64,000 bases of DNA from Ruminococcus sp. (lineage in GTDB: Bacteria; Bacillota; Clostridia; Oscillospirales; Ruminococcaceae), in contig JAGBNQ010000031.1 in assembly GCA_017634275.1 (NCBI GenBank), positions 3,348 to 67,347 of the forward strand. The letters are read 5' to 3'. How positions within the stretch are numbered: the stretch's first letter is position 1; each line of letters starts with the position of its first letter. The notes under the pieces were generated by a model. It was not told where the DNA came from. It made no database searches and saw nothing but the letters and a program-made list of their open reading frames with translations. The position numbers and the translations under genes were made by a program. Shown here in pieces: positions 18,365 to 28,399 of the stretch.

Positions 18365-19057
18365 ATGAGTGAGAGAAATATAGGCGACTACTTAGGGTTT
18401 GAATATGAATATATCCCCGAGGAGGTAACGGCTGAGAATTTGATGCAGTATTACCTTGACGAGCTTGAAAAGGGAAAGCAAAAGGGATATATCCCCGTTA
18501 TAATACCGACGGAGGACAGGCTTGAGGATTACCTTGAGGATATGCAAAACGGCGGCTATGACGGGGAGACTCTGCCAGATACGGAAGAGTTTTTCAAAGC
18601 AAGGGAAAAGGACTACGAGGACGAGATAGAGGAAAGCGACTTCCACAGCATAGAGCTGACAGACGGCGACAAAAACGAGAGCTTGGTTTCGATGCTTGAT
18701 TATGAATCGGGTGAGCTGGCGGAGTGCGTTATCGTTCATCTGCCGACTGACAAGCCGTGGGAGGTGCCGCTTTTAGTGCCGTTCGGCGGCTGGAACGAAT
18801 GCCCCGATAATGATGAAATGGCGGCGGTGTTAAAGAAATGGTATGATAAATACGGCGCTGTGCCTGCGGCGATAACGCATGACACGTTAGAGCTTGTGCT
18901 GCCAAAGGCGGTTTCGAGAGATGAGGCGCCCATACTTGCAAGGGAGCATTTTCTTTTCTGCCCCGACAGGGTAGACCAGTGTACGGAATCGGGCACGATT
19001 GGCGAACTGGCAGGGGACTTGAGCGTTTCCACAGTATGGTATTTCTGGTGGGACTGA
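18365..19057 (+). CDS. DUF4253 domain protein
   Basis: PFGGWNECP, WYDKYGAVP, EHFLFCPD, terminal WYFWWD. Confidence 0.85.
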   Translation: MSERNIGDYLGFEYEYIPEEVTAENLMQYYLDELEKGKQKGYIPVIIPTEDRLEDYLEDMQNGGYDGETLPDTEEFFKAREKDYEDEIEESDFHSIELTDGDKNESLVSMLDYESGELAECVIVHLPTDKPWEVPLLVPFGGWNECPDNDEMAAVLKKWYDKYGAVPAAITHDTLELVLPKAVSRDEAPILAREHFLFCPDRVDQCTESGTIGELAGDLSVSTVWYFWWD

Positions 19058-19084
19058 ATTTTTTGGTGCAAAGCACCAAAAAGC

Positions 19085-19133
19085 AATGAACAATGAACAA
19101 TGAATAATGAATGTGCGCCCTATGGGTGTGCAT
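19085..19133 (+). repeat. Heptamer array (AATGAAY x4) plus hairpin
   Basis: AATGAAC AATGAAC AATGAAT AATGAAT then GTGCGCCC-TAT-GGGTGTGC. Confidence 0.7.
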
Positions 19134-19162
19134 TTAAATACAATAAAAAGGGAGTAATTAAA

Positions 19163-20437
19163 ATGAGCAAGATCGAAACAAAATGTATTCAGGCAGGCTG
19201 GCAGCCCGGGGAGGGCGAGCCGAGGCAGCTGCCTATCTACCAGTCAACAACATTTAAGTATAACAGCAGCGATGCTATGGGCAAGCTGTTTGACTTAGAG
19301 GCTGAGGGGTATTTCTACACAAGGCTGCAGAACCCGACAAATGATGCGGTTGCGGCAAAGATATGCGCGCTTGAGGGCGGCGCTGCGGCTATGCTTACAT
19401 CCTCGGGGCAGGCAGCTAATTTCTTTGCTATATTCAACATCTGCGAGGCAGGAGATCACTTTATTGCATCATCGTCAATTTACGGCGGAACATTCAACCT
19501 CTTTGGAACGACAATGAAGAAAATGGGCATAGAGTGCAGCTTTTTTGACCCGAAGATGAGCGATGATGAGATAAAAGCGCTTATAAAGCCCAACACAAAG
19601 GCGGTTTTCGGTGAGACTATTACCAACCCTACCTGTGATGTTTTTGATATTGAGCGCTTTGCTAAGATAGCGCACGAGGCAGGTGTTCCGCTTATCATAG
19701 ACAACACATTTGCAACGCCTGTTAACTGCCGCCCGATAGAGTGGGGGGCTGACATCGTTACCCACTCGACCACAAAGTACATGGACGGCCACGCATCGGG
19801 TGTGGGCGGTGCTATAGTTGACAGCGGAAACTTTGACTGGAATGCTCATAAGGAAAAATTCCCGATGCTGACAACACCCGATGAGAGCTATCACGGAATT
19901 GTTTACACAGAGAAATTCGGCAAGGGCGCATACATCACAAAGGCGACCTCACAGCTTATGAGGGATTTCGGCGCTATTCAGTCGCCGCAGAATGCTTTCT
20001 ACCTTAACTTAGGGCTTGAATCGCTCCATGTAAGAATGCCGAGGCACTGCGAGAATGCACTGAAGATAGCAAAATTCTTACAGACACAGGACAAGGTGGC
20101 ATGGATAAAATACCCCGACCTTGAAAGTGACCCGAACAATGCACTTGCTAAAAAATACCTCCCCAACGGCTCATGCGGAGTAATGTGCTTTGGCATAAAG
20201 GGCGGCAGGGAAGAGAGCATCAAGTTTATGGACAGCTTAAAGCTCATAGCAATAGTTACCCACGTTGCTGATGCAAGAACTTGTCTTTTGCACCCTGCAA
20301 GCCACACCCACAGGCAGATGTCTGACGAGCAGCTTTTAGAGGCAGGCGTAGCGCCCGACCTTATAAGGCTTTCGGTAGGCCTTGAAAATGCTGATGACCT
20401 TATTGAGGATATCAGGCAGGCGCTGGAAAAGGTATAA
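19163..20437 (+). CDS. metY: O-acetylhomoserine aminocarboxypropyltransferase (sulfhydrylase)
   Basis: PIYQSTTF, YTRLQNPT, IDNTFATP, PLP-lysine motif HSTTKYMDGH, HPASHTHRQ, IRLSVGLE. Confidence 0.92.
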   Translation: MSKIETKCIQAGWQPGEGEPRQLPIYQSTTFKYNSSDAMGKLFDLEAEGYFYTRLQNPTNDAVAAKICALEGGAAAMLTSSGQAANFFAIFNICEAGDHFIASSSIYGGTFNLFGTTMKKMGIECSFFDPKMSDDEIKALIKPNTKAVFGETITNPTCDVFDIERFAKIAHEAGVPLIIDNTFATPVNCRPIEWGADIVTHSTTKYMDGHASGVGGAIVDSGNFDWNAHKEKFPMLTTPDESYHGIVYTEKFGKGAYITKATSQLMRDFGAIQSPQNAFYLNLGLESLHVRMPRHCENALKIAKFLQTQDKVAWIKYPDLESDPNNALAKKYLPNGSCGVMCFGIKGGREESIKFMDSLKLIAIVTHVADARTCLLHPASHTHRQMSDEQLLEAGVAPDLIRLSVGLENADDLIEDIRQALEKV

Positions 20438-20439
20438 CA

Positions 20440-20465
20440 AAAAGCCCCCGTAAGGGGGCTGTTTT
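20440..20465 (+). terminator. Rho-independent terminator
   Basis: AGCCCCC-GTAA-GGGGGCT-GTTTT. Confidence 0.85.
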
Positions 20466-20529
20466 AATGAATAATGAATAGTGAATAATGAATAATGAAG
20501 AATTAAGGTATCACCTGCGGAGATGGATT
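20466..20529 (+). repeat. Heptamer array plus hairpin element
   Basis: (AATGAAT/AGTGAAT)x5 AATTAAG GTATCACCTGCGGAGATGGATT. Confidence 0.75.
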
Positions 20530-20621
20530 TAGAATAAATCGCCCCCCGTACCCCCTTCGGGATAGCGCTCGCCCCCCACAAATTCCAATTTATCCAACAC
20601 AAAAGTAAAAAGGCGGTTATT

Positions 20622-20750
20622 AATAAAAAAATCTGCCGCTCATTATGAGCGGCAATTTTGCGTCATCATATAAATCATCAGGGGGAGCGGCTGCATGGTT
20701 ATCTGTCTTTACAGCCTTTATATCAAAAGGGGCACGTCTGCCTTCCTTTG
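20622..20750 (-). ncRNA. Candidate small RNA (~125 nt)
   Basis: Minus-strand promoter TTGACA-17-TATTAT (20784-20756) and terminator TGCCGCTCAT-A-ATGAGCGGCA-GATTTTTT; no convincing ORF. Confidence 0.45.
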
Positions 20751-20859
20751 CGAAAATAATACCACAAACAGCAGGATATGTCAATAAAATCACTTAAACT
20801 GTAAATATATTTTAACCCTGCTGTAATAAGGTTACAGCGCAAAGCGAGGCGGCTATAAG

Positions 20860-23496
20860 CTATTTATGCGTGATGAGCCTGAAAAGCTGTACAAAAAATG
20901 GTACTGACGCTGCAAATGCGAGGGATATAATAGTATAGGCAATTGTCATGCCCTGGGCTGAGAAAACTGCGGCAAATGACGGTACAAACACCGCAGCGCC
21001 GAGGGCAAAAAGAGAAACAAGCACCGAAACTACCAGCGTGAGATTATTGAATAGATTTATTTTATACAGCGGCTTTGTTTCGCTCTTGCACTCAAAAACA
21101 TGGATAAGCTGGCTTACCGAGAGGGTGATGAGCGCGCCCGTTCTCGCGCAGGAAACAGGTGCGCCGAGACTAAGCAAAACACAAAAGCCTGCAAGGGTGG
21201 AAAGAGCTATCAGAATACCTCTTATAAACACCGAGAAAAGCAGGCCGCCCTCAAAAAAGCTGTCACTTTCACGGCGCGGGGGCTTTTGCATAGTTTCCTC
21301 CTCGGGCGGCTCCAAGCCGAGGGCTACGGCAGGCAGGCCGTCGGTCACAAGGTTAACAAGGAGAATCTGCGAGGGGGTGAGGATAGGCGGCATTCCGATA
21401 AGGATAGCGCCCAATGTTGTAAGCACCTCACCGATATTGCAGCCGAGGAGAAATCTTACAAATTTTCTGATATTTGAGTAGATAGCCCTTCCCTCGCGCA
21501 CAGCACCCTCAAGGGTCGCAAAGTTGTCATCAAGCAGGATAACATCGGCGGCCTGCTTTGTTACATCGGTTCCCGTAAGCCCCATTGAAACGCCGATGTC
21601 GGCCTCCTTTATTGCAGGGGCATCGTTTACGCCGTCGCCCGTCATGGCGCAGATGTGGCCTTTTTGCTTTAAAAGCTTGACTATCCTAAGCTTATGCGCA
21701 GGGGTGACTCTTGCGTAGACGCTCACCTGCGAGGAGATATCGCTAAGCTGCTCATTTGTCAGCTTGTCAAGCTCGGCCCCCGTAAGAACTCTGTCGCCCT
21801 CGCGGAAAATGCCTGCCTCTTGCGCTATGGCTTTGGCAGTGAGGGCATGGTCGCCCGTTATCATAACGGTTTTTATGCCTGCACGGCGGCAGCTTAATAC
21901 GGCGCGCTTTGCCTCATCACGCAGGGGGTCTTTCATAGCGCAAAGCCCCAAGAATACCTCGCCGCCGCCGAAATTGCAGCTAAGTGCAAGAACTCGCAGG
22001 CCGTTTTCGGCATATCTGTCACATACACGGCTGATAAGTGATTTTTCGTTAGCACTCAACGGCAGTTCGCTTTCACCCTCAATGCGCAGAGTGCAGCTTT
22101 CAAGCACTCTGTCGGGCGCGCCCTTTGTGAAAGCTGTTTTTTCGCCCGAGGTGTTTTCTACAGTCACGGTCATTTTTTTGCTTTCGCTGTCAAAGGGCAG
22201 CTCGCTGATTCGCTTAAGGTCAAGCGCCTGCGCGGTATAGCCGTTATTGTAAGCCATTAAAGCGAGGGCGGATTCTGTGGCCTCGCCGTCGCATTTTATT
22301 GTGGTCTTTCCGCGGTCGCGCCCTTTAGGGGTGGCGCGCGTGCGTGTGATGACTGCATCATTGCAAAGGGCGGCGCATTCGTTTAAAAGCTTAAATGCGC
22401 GCTCGCTGCCTGCGGCTTTTGAAATGTAGCTGTTATCAGTCAGCTTATACTCGGCAGGCTTTTGCGAGTAGGTGAAAATATCCGTCACGGTCATTTTATT
22501 CTGGGTTATAGTTCCCGTTTTATCGGTGCAGATAACATCGGCGCAGCCGAGAGTTTCGACCGAGTGCAGCCTATGCACGAGTGCATTCTTTTTGAGCATT
22601 CGCCTGACCGAGAGTGAAAGCGCTATAGTCACCGCAGCAGGCAGCCCCTCGGGGATAGCGGCAACGGCGATAGTTATAGCCGTCATAAGCATATTTGTGA
22701 CTTCCTCGCCGCGGAAAACGCCTGCGATAAAGGTAAGAACACAAACGCCTATGCAAATAAGTGCAAGCGTTTTGCCAAGCTCGCCGAGCTTTTTTTGAAG
22801 AGGGGTCTGCTCGGCCTCGGTTTCGCTTATCATTGAGGATATCTGCCCTATCTGCGTTTTAGCGCCCGTGAAAACGGCTTTCATAAGGCCACTGCCCTTG
22901 ACGGCGGTAGTTCCCATATAGAGCATATAGTCAAGGTTAATTGATGAAAAGAAACTCTCATCGGCCTTGACGCGCTTGCGTGAGGAAACGCTCTCGCCGT
23001 TTAGGGTGCTTTCATCGCATTCAAGTGATGAGCATTTTAAAAGATACCCGTCGCAGGGGATAGTGTCGCCTGCGGATATAGCTATCACATCACCTATTAC
23101 CACCTCTGCCGCAGGGATAGTTATAAGCTCGCCGTCACGGTAAACACGGGCTGTCGGGGCGGTTAGCGCCTCAAGCTTTTCAAGCGTTTTCTCGCACCTG
23201 TATTCCTGAAAAAAGCCGAGGCAGGCATTTACTACTATTATAATAAGTATAGGAAAGGCATCGCTGTACTGCCCCATTGCTATAGTAACAGCCATTGCAA
23301 AGAGCAGTATCATCACCATAATATCATGAAACTGGTTTGCAAATATTTTCAGCGCACTGTTTCGTTTCTTTTTCGCAAGCGTGTTTTCGCCGTCCTTTAA
23401 AAGGCGCTGCCTTGCCTCGGACTCTGTAAGCCCCGAAATATCGGATGATTTTTTCGGCGGCTCTGTGTCAAGCTCCATTTTTAAGATGTCAAGCAT
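20860..23496 (-). CDS. Cation-transporting P-type ATPase (Ca2+ type, YloB-like)
   Basis: AIPEGLP, DKTGT, KGAP, MITGD, TGDGVNDAPA, NLVTDGLPA; RBS AAGGAG. Confidence 0.92.
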   Translation of the reverse strand: MLDILKMELDTEPPKKSSDISGLTESEARQRLLKDGENTLAKKKRNSALKIFANQFHDIMVMILLFAMAVTIAMGQYSDAFPILIIIVVNACLGFFQEYRCEKTLEKLEALTAPTARVYRDGELITIPAAEVVIGDVIAISAGDTIPCDGYLLKCSSLECDESTLNGESVSSRKRVKADESFFSSINLDYMLYMGTTAVKGSGLMKAVFTGAKTQIGQISSMISETEAEQTPLQKKLGELGKTLALICIGVCVLTFIAGVFRGEEVTNMLMTAITIAVAAIPEGLPAAVTIALSLSVRRMLKKNALVHRLHSVETLGCADVICTDKTGTITQNKMTVTDIFTYSQKPAEYKLTDNSYISKAAGSERAFKLLNECAALCNDAVITRTRATPKGRDRGKTTIKCDGEATESALALMAYNNGYTAQALDLKRISELPFDSESKKMTVTVENTSGEKTAFTKGAPDRVLESCTLRIEGESELPLSANEKSLISRVCDRYAENGLRVLALSCNFGGGEVFLGLCAMKDPLRDEAKRAVLSCRRAGIKTVMITGDHALTAKAIAQEAGIFREGDRVLTGAELDKLTNEQLSDISSQVSVYARVTPAHKLRIVKLLKQKGHICAMTGDGVNDAPAIKEADIGVSMGLTGTDVTKQAADVILLDDNFATLEGAVREGRAIYSNIRKFVRFLLGCNIGEVLTTLGAILIGMPPILTPSQILLVNLVTDGLPAVALGLEPPEEETMQKPPRRESDSFFEGGLLFSVFIRGILIALSTLAGFCVLLSLGAPVSCARTGALITLSVSQLIHVFECKSETKPLYKINLFNNLTLVVSVLVSLFALGAAVFVPSFAAVFSAQGMTIAYTIISLAFAASVPFFVQLFRLITHK

Positions 23497-23782
23497 TTTT
23501 TTGCTCCTTTCACATTTGCTTTTTATTATATTATGAAAAAGGTATGCAAAAAAGAACAAGCTATTATATGAAAATGGGTTTTGTTTTTAGGGTTAACAAA
23601 CCTTATTAAAATTTACAAGATGATATAACGGGGAATTTTTTGGACAAGACAAATATTACAAAAGGTTACAAATGCCGTATGTTTTGGTTACAAAAGGATA
23701 TTTTCTTGTAAACTGTCTGTTTATCTTCCGTAATAAACGTGAAAAAAAGTCTGAAAAAGCGCGATTTTTCGAGAAATAGCTA

Positions 23783-23811
23783 TTGATTTTTTTTTCAGAG
23801 TGTGATAAAAT
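23783..23811 (+). promoter_or_regulatory. Possible SigA promoter in the long divergent intergenic region
   Basis: TTGATT-17-TAAAAT with TG upstream of the -10. Confidence 0.5.
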
Positions 23812-24128
23812 ATTAGTGTACTAAATTTTACATAATTTTTTGTTTTGAGATATCCTGCGTGTAAATCCACCGCTCGCGTGGGGTGAGTGCATCGTGTTTA
23901 TTGCTCACCCATTTGGAATAATATGGCAGGGAATGAGAGAAGAAATATTGGAATATGTAAATTCTGTGTATGGGAATGGGTAAAAAATATACTTAATTTT
24001 TGTTCGTATGTGGAAATTTTTAGGTAATTAGCAGAATTTATGTGCAAGGACTTTTAAAATGAGCGCGGCTGTGGTATAATAACGGAAAGTGAGAAAACGA
24101 TTCCGTAAATCAAGGGGTTGTGAATTAA

Positions 24129-25415
24129 GTGGAAAAATTTGTGATAAGGGGCGGCAAGCCGCTTAACGGTGAGGTATCAATAAGCGGTGCTAAGAATGCT
24201 GCGGTGGCTCTTGTGGCTGCAACTATACTCTGTGATGAGCCGTGCGTTCTTGAAAACGTTCCTGAGATAAGCGATATAACAAAATGCGTCAAGATACTCA
24301 TTGAAATGGGTGCTGATGTTAAGATAATAAACAGAAACACAATTAGGTTCGATACGAGAAATATCCGTGAGCCCGTGGTTCCTTACGAGCTTGCTATAAC
24401 TATGAGGGCATCAAGCTATTTTCTCGGAACTCTGCTCGGCAGGTTCCATGAGGCGTATGTTCCTATGCCCGGCGGCTGTGACCTCGGTGACAGGCCGATA
24501 GACCAGCACCTTAAGGCGTTCCGTTCCTTAGGCGCTAAGGACGAGATAATAAACGGCGCTAACCATATAACTGCTGACAGGCTTATAGGCTCGCAGATCT
24601 ATTTTGACTTTATAACCGTCGGTGCAACTATCAATGCGATATTTGCGGCTGTAAAGGCCGAGGGGCTTACGATAATCGAAAACTGCGCTAAGGAGCCGCA
24701 CATCGTTGACCTTGCGAACTTCTTAAACTCAATGGGCGCAGATATAAGAGGCGCAGGAACAGACGTTATCAAGATAAGGGGCGTTGACCACCTGCACGGT
24801 GTTACCTATGCAACTATTCCCGACCAGATAGAGGCCGGCACATATATGGTAGCGGCAGCTGCCACAAGAGGAAATGTACTTATCAAAAACGTTATCCCGA
24901 AGCATCTCGAGTCGATAACCGCAAAGCTGAGAAAGGTCGGCGTGACTGTTGAGGAATTTGATGAGAGCGTGAGAGTGAGCGTTGAGGGGCCTATGGTAAA
25001 GACCTCGCTCAAAACTCAGCCGCACCCCGGTTTCCCGACGGATATGCAGCCGCAGTTCTCAACGCTTTTGACCCTTGCTGAGGGAACGAGCATTGTGACT
25101 GATGATATTTTTGATAATAGGTTCAGGTATGTGGGCGAGCTTAGAAAAATGGGCGCTGACATTTCTGTTGACGGCAAGGTGGCTGTTATTCAGGGTGTTG
25201 GCTCGTTAAAGGGCGCTCCCGTGATAGCTACAGACTTAAGAGCAGGTGCTGCTATGGTCATTGCAGGGCTTGCGGCTGAGGGCGTTACCGAGATAGACAA
25301 TATCTTTTACATCGAGCGCGGCTATGAAAACATTGATGAAAAGCTCAGAGGGCTGGGTGCTGATATTCAGCGCGTATATGCTGATGACAAAAGCTCGGCT
25401 AAGATGAGCAGCTGA
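24129..25415 (+). CDS. murA: UDP-N-acetylglucosamine 1-carboxyvinyltransferase
   Basis: ISGAKNAA, MRAS, PGGCDLGDRPIDQH, PGFPTDMQ, ATDLRAGA, IERGYE. Confidence 0.96.
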   Translation: MEKFVIRGGKPLNGEVSISGAKNAAVALVAATILCDEPCVLENVPEISDITKCVKILIEMGADVKIINRNTIRFDTRNIREPVVPYELAITMRASSYFLGTLLGRFHEAYVPMPGGCDLGDRPIDQHLKAFRSLGAKDEIINGANHITADRLIGSQIYFDFITVGATINAIFAAVKAEGLTIIENCAKEPHIVDLANFLNSMGADIRGAGTDVIKIRGVDHLHGVTYATIPDQIEAGTYMVAAAATRGNVLIKNVIPKHLESITAKLRKVGVTVEEFDESVRVSVEGPMVKTSLKTQPHPGFPTDMQPQFSTLLTLAEGTSIVTDDIFDNRFRYVGELRKMGADISVDGKVAVIQGVGSLKGAPVIATDLRAGAAMVIAGLAAEGVTEIDNIFYIERGYENIDEKLRGLGADIQRVYADDKSSAKMSS

Positions 25416-25428
25416 TAAAGAAAATGAT

Positions 25429-25477
25429 ACGCCATAGTATTTCCGACGACTGTCGGGATAGCTATGGCGTTTTTTTG
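25429..25477 (+). terminator. Rho-independent terminator
   Basis: ACGCCATAG...CTATGGCGT-TTTTTT. Confidence 0.75.
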
Positions 25478-25575
25478 TAAGGGTTGCAATTGTTGTGCTT
25501 TTGTGGTATAATCAATAATGCAAAAATCAGTGCTTGGCAGGCACTGTTATAAAAAATGTAAAGTGAGGGATAGCT

Positions 25576-26421
25576 ATGACACCATACGAAAAGCTTAAAA
25601 AATGTGCAGACATCGTAAGAGCAAAGACTGATTTCGTGCCGCAGATAGCGCTTGTGCTAGGCTCGGGGCTCGGGGATTTTGCCGAGAGCATAAAAAAGGT
25701 GTGTGAAATAGATTATAAGGATATAGACGGCTTTCCGCGCTCAACTGTTGAGGGGCATAAGGGTAAATTCGTTTTCGGGCATATTGATAATGTTCCCGTT
25801 GTGTGTATGCAGGGAAGAGTGCATTATTACGAGGGGTATGACATAGAGGACGTTGTGCTGCCTGCAAGGCTTATGGCTATGCTCGGGGCAAAGGTGCTGT
25901 TTATGACAAATGCATCGGGCGGAATAAACAAGAGCTTTTCGGCAGGGGATTTTATGCTGCTGACCGATCACATAGCAAGCTTTGTTCCCAATCCGCTTAT
26001 CGGGAAGAACATAGACGAGCTTGGAACGCGCTTTCCCGATATGAGTGAGGTCTATGACAGGAAAATTGCCGATATAATAAGAGAAACCGCAAAGGATAAC
26101 GGCATAAAACTTCAGGAGGGCGTTTATGTTCAGCTGACGGGGCCGTCATTTGAAACACCTGCCGAGATAAGGATGCTCAGCACCCTCGGGGCTGATGCTG
26201 TGGGAATGAGTACGGTAGTTGAGGCGATAGCTGCAAGGCACGCAGGAATGAGGGTTTGCGCTATTTCCTGCGTATGCAACCTTGCCGCAGGCATAAGCCC
26301 GACACCGCTCTCACACGCGGAGGTGCAGGAGGCTGCTAACAATGCAGCACCGAAATTCAAGGTGCTTATCTCACGCGCGATAGAGGAGATATCAGATGCG
26401 CTCTCAACAGGGGCTATCTGA
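25576..26421 (+). CDS. punA: Purine nucleoside phosphorylase (trimeric PNP/MTAP family)
   Basis: VLGSGLG, QGRVHYYEG, TNASGG, GPSFETPAE, GADAVGMST. Confidence 0.9.
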   Translation: MTPYEKLKKCADIVRAKTDFVPQIALVLGSGLGDFAESIKKVCEIDYKDIDGFPRSTVEGHKGKFVFGHIDNVPVVCMQGRVHYYEGYDIEDVVLPARLMAMLGAKVLFMTNASGGINKSFSAGDFMLLTDHIASFVPNPLIGKNIDELGTRFPDMSEVYDRKIADIIRETAKDNGIKLQEGVYVQLTGPSFETPAEIRMLSTLGADAVGMSTVVEAIAARHAGMRVCAISCVCNLAAGISPTPLSHAEVQEAANNAAPKFKVLISRAIEEISDALSTGAI

Positions 26422-26422
26422 T

Positions 26423-27451
26423 ATGGAGTATTATGATACCGACCCCGTAAGGCTTTCTGAGGGGGATAAAAGCATTATCATTATAGATCAGCGCTTTTTG
26501 CCGAATGAGGAGATAACGCGCGAAATAGTTTCAGCAGAAGATATGTATGACGCAATAAAGACGCTTGCTGTAAGGGGCGCGCCGTGCATAGGGATATTTG
26601 CGGCATACTGCGTTTATGTAAGGAGCTTATATACTAAAGATGATGAGCTTGACAAGGCGCTTAATGATCTTGCGAAATATCTCAACTCATCAAGGCCTAC
26701 GGCAGTAAACCTTTCGTGGGCGCTTAAAGAGCAAATGAAGGTGCTTGATCAAACGAGGGGGCAGCCTGCCGACAAAAGACGGCAAGGCCTGCTTGAAACT
26801 GCGCAGCAGATACACATAAGCGACATTGAAACCTGCGAAAAAATAGCGGAATACGGCCTTACGCTCATAAAGGAAAATGACGGGGTGATAACCCATTGCA
26901 ACGCAGGCGCGCTTGCGACCTCGCGGCTCGGCACCGGACTCGGGCCTTTGCTGCTTGCGGCTAAGAGGGGGATAAAGCTGCGCCCTTACGTTGACGAAAC
27001 GCGGCCGCTATTGCAGGGGGCAAGGCTTACAGCCTATGAGCTTGAAAGGGCAGGGCTTGAACCGACGCTTATATGCGACAACATGGCGGCGTATGTTATG
27101 AGCAGGGGGCTTGTGAACGCGGTATTCATAGGCGCTGACAGGATAGCTGCTAACGGCGACACGGCAAACAAGATAGGCTCGCTCTCATTAGCGATAAATG
27201 CAAAGCACTTTGGTGTGCCGTTTTACGTTTTTGCGCCGACATCGACTATCGACAAGAGCTGCAAAACGGGCAGAGAAATCGAGATAGAGCTGCGTGACAA
27301 TGATGAGATAAAAAGCCTTTACTTTCAAAGGCCGATAGCGCCCGAGAATGTAAGGTGCTTAAACCCTGCGTTTGATGTGGTGGAGCATGAGCTTATCACG
27401 GCGATAATAACCGAGGACGGGATTCACTATCCGCCGTATGCTTTTAATTAA
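26423..27451 (+). CDS. mtnA: S-methyl-5-thioribose-1-phosphate isomerase
   Basis: VRGAP, SRPTAVNL, THCNAGALAT, DETRPLLQGARLT, GADRIAANGDTANKIG, NPAFD. Confidence 0.93.
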   Translation: MEYYDTDPVRLSEGDKSIIIIDQRFLPNEEITREIVSAEDMYDAIKTLAVRGAPCIGIFAAYCVYVRSLYTKDDELDKALNDLAKYLNSSRPTAVNLSWALKEQMKVLDQTRGQPADKRRQGLLETAQQIHISDIETCEKIAEYGLTLIKENDGVITHCNAGALATSRLGTGLGPLLLAAKRGIKLRPYVDETRPLLQGARLTAYELERAGLEPTLICDNMAAYVMSRGLVNAVFIGADRIAANGDTANKIGSLSLAINAKHFGVPFYVFAPTSTIDKSCKTGREIEIELRDNDEIKSLYFQRPIAPENVRCLNPAFDVVEHELITAIITEDGIHYPPYAFN

Positions 27452-27504
27452 TAGTTAATAATTAATAATTAATAATTGTGGTGTCCGCCTTTGGCGGACT
27501 GATT
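27446..27504 (+). repeat. Heptamer array plus GTGTCCGCC-TTT-GGCGGAC hairpin
   Basis: (AATTAAT/AGTTAAT)x4 overlapping the mtnA stop; tail nearly identical to 28919-28942. Confidence 0.8.
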
Positions 27505-27610
27505 GGAAGTTTTGCTTTGCAAAACTTAGCTGTTAGCTTTGCTGACAAGCCCCATATCGGGCTTGTAAACGCGCGGCGGTGCGGATATTAGTTTTGAAAG
27601 GAAATTTTTA

Positions 27611-28399
27611 ATGGCGACGGTTTACCCATTATATTCATCAAGCAGCGGAAACTGCATATACATAGGTGATGCGCAAAGCGGCATTTTAGTCGATTGCGGA
27701 GTTAGCTGCAAGAGGGCTGTTGATGCGCTGAGGCAGCACGGGATAGAGATGAGCGCTGTAAAAGCGGTGTGTGTTACTCACACGCACGATGACCATATAA
27801 AGGGGCTTAAGGTGCTGACGAAAAAATACCCGATGACGATAATAGCGCAGAGGACTAACCTTGATATCCTTGCAGATGAGGACAAGATAGCCCCCTCCTG
27901 CGAGATGCTTGAAATTGATGACGGGCAGACTATCTCTTTTGCGGACACCGAGATAACTGCCTTTGAAACGTGGCACGACAGCCCTGCAAGCTGCGGCTTT
28001 ACCTTTTTGACAAAGGATAACAAGCGCGCGGCTGTATGCACCGATCTGGGCGTTGTTACCGACAAGGTGAGGGCGGCGCTAAAGGGTGTTGACATGGCGC
28101 TTATCGAGGCAAATTATGACAAGCAGATGCTTATTAACGGCGGCTACCCTTATCCGCTAAAGCAGCGCATTTTATCAGACCACGGGCATTTATCCAACAA
28201 CGACAGCGGCGAGTTTATAAGCGAGCTTATCGAGGGCGGAACCACGAGGGTGTGCCTCGGGCATCTCAGCCAAAATAACAACACATCACTTAAGGCAGAG
28301 AACACGGTCTTGCAAAGCCTTGCGGAGTTTAAGAGAAACCGCGATTATATGCTGGAGGTCGCTACAAAGGATTTCAGCGGACTGGCGGTGGTTTTTTGA
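27611..28399 (+). CDS. walJ: MBL-fold metallo-hydrolase, YycJ/WalJ type
   Basis: SSSGNC, THTHDDHIKG, TDLG, IEANYD, GHLSN, LGHLSQNNN; adjacent to rlmH. Confidence 0.82.
   Translation: MATVYPLYSSSSGNCIYIGDAQSGILVDCGVSCKRAVDALRQHGIEMSAVKAVCVTHTHDDHIKGLKVLTKKYPMTIIAQRTNLDILADEDKIAPSCEMLEIDDGQTISFADTEITAFETWHDSPASCGFTFLTKDNKRAAVCTDLGVVTDKVRAALKGVDMALIEANYDKQMLINGGYPYPLKQRILSDHGHLSNNDSGEFISELIEGGTTRVCLGHLSQNNNTSLKAENTVLQSLAEFKRNRDYMLEVATKDFSGLAVVF

Noticed and set aside
19060-19162. SAM or T-box riboswitch before metY
   Set aside because: The gap is short and occupied by a small hairpin and heptamer array; no riboswitch motifs recognised
20948-22798. Plus-strand ORFs opposite the P-type ATPase (and similar antisense ORFs throughout)
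   Set aside because: Shadow ORFs of well-supported genes, with no RBS or recognisable motifs
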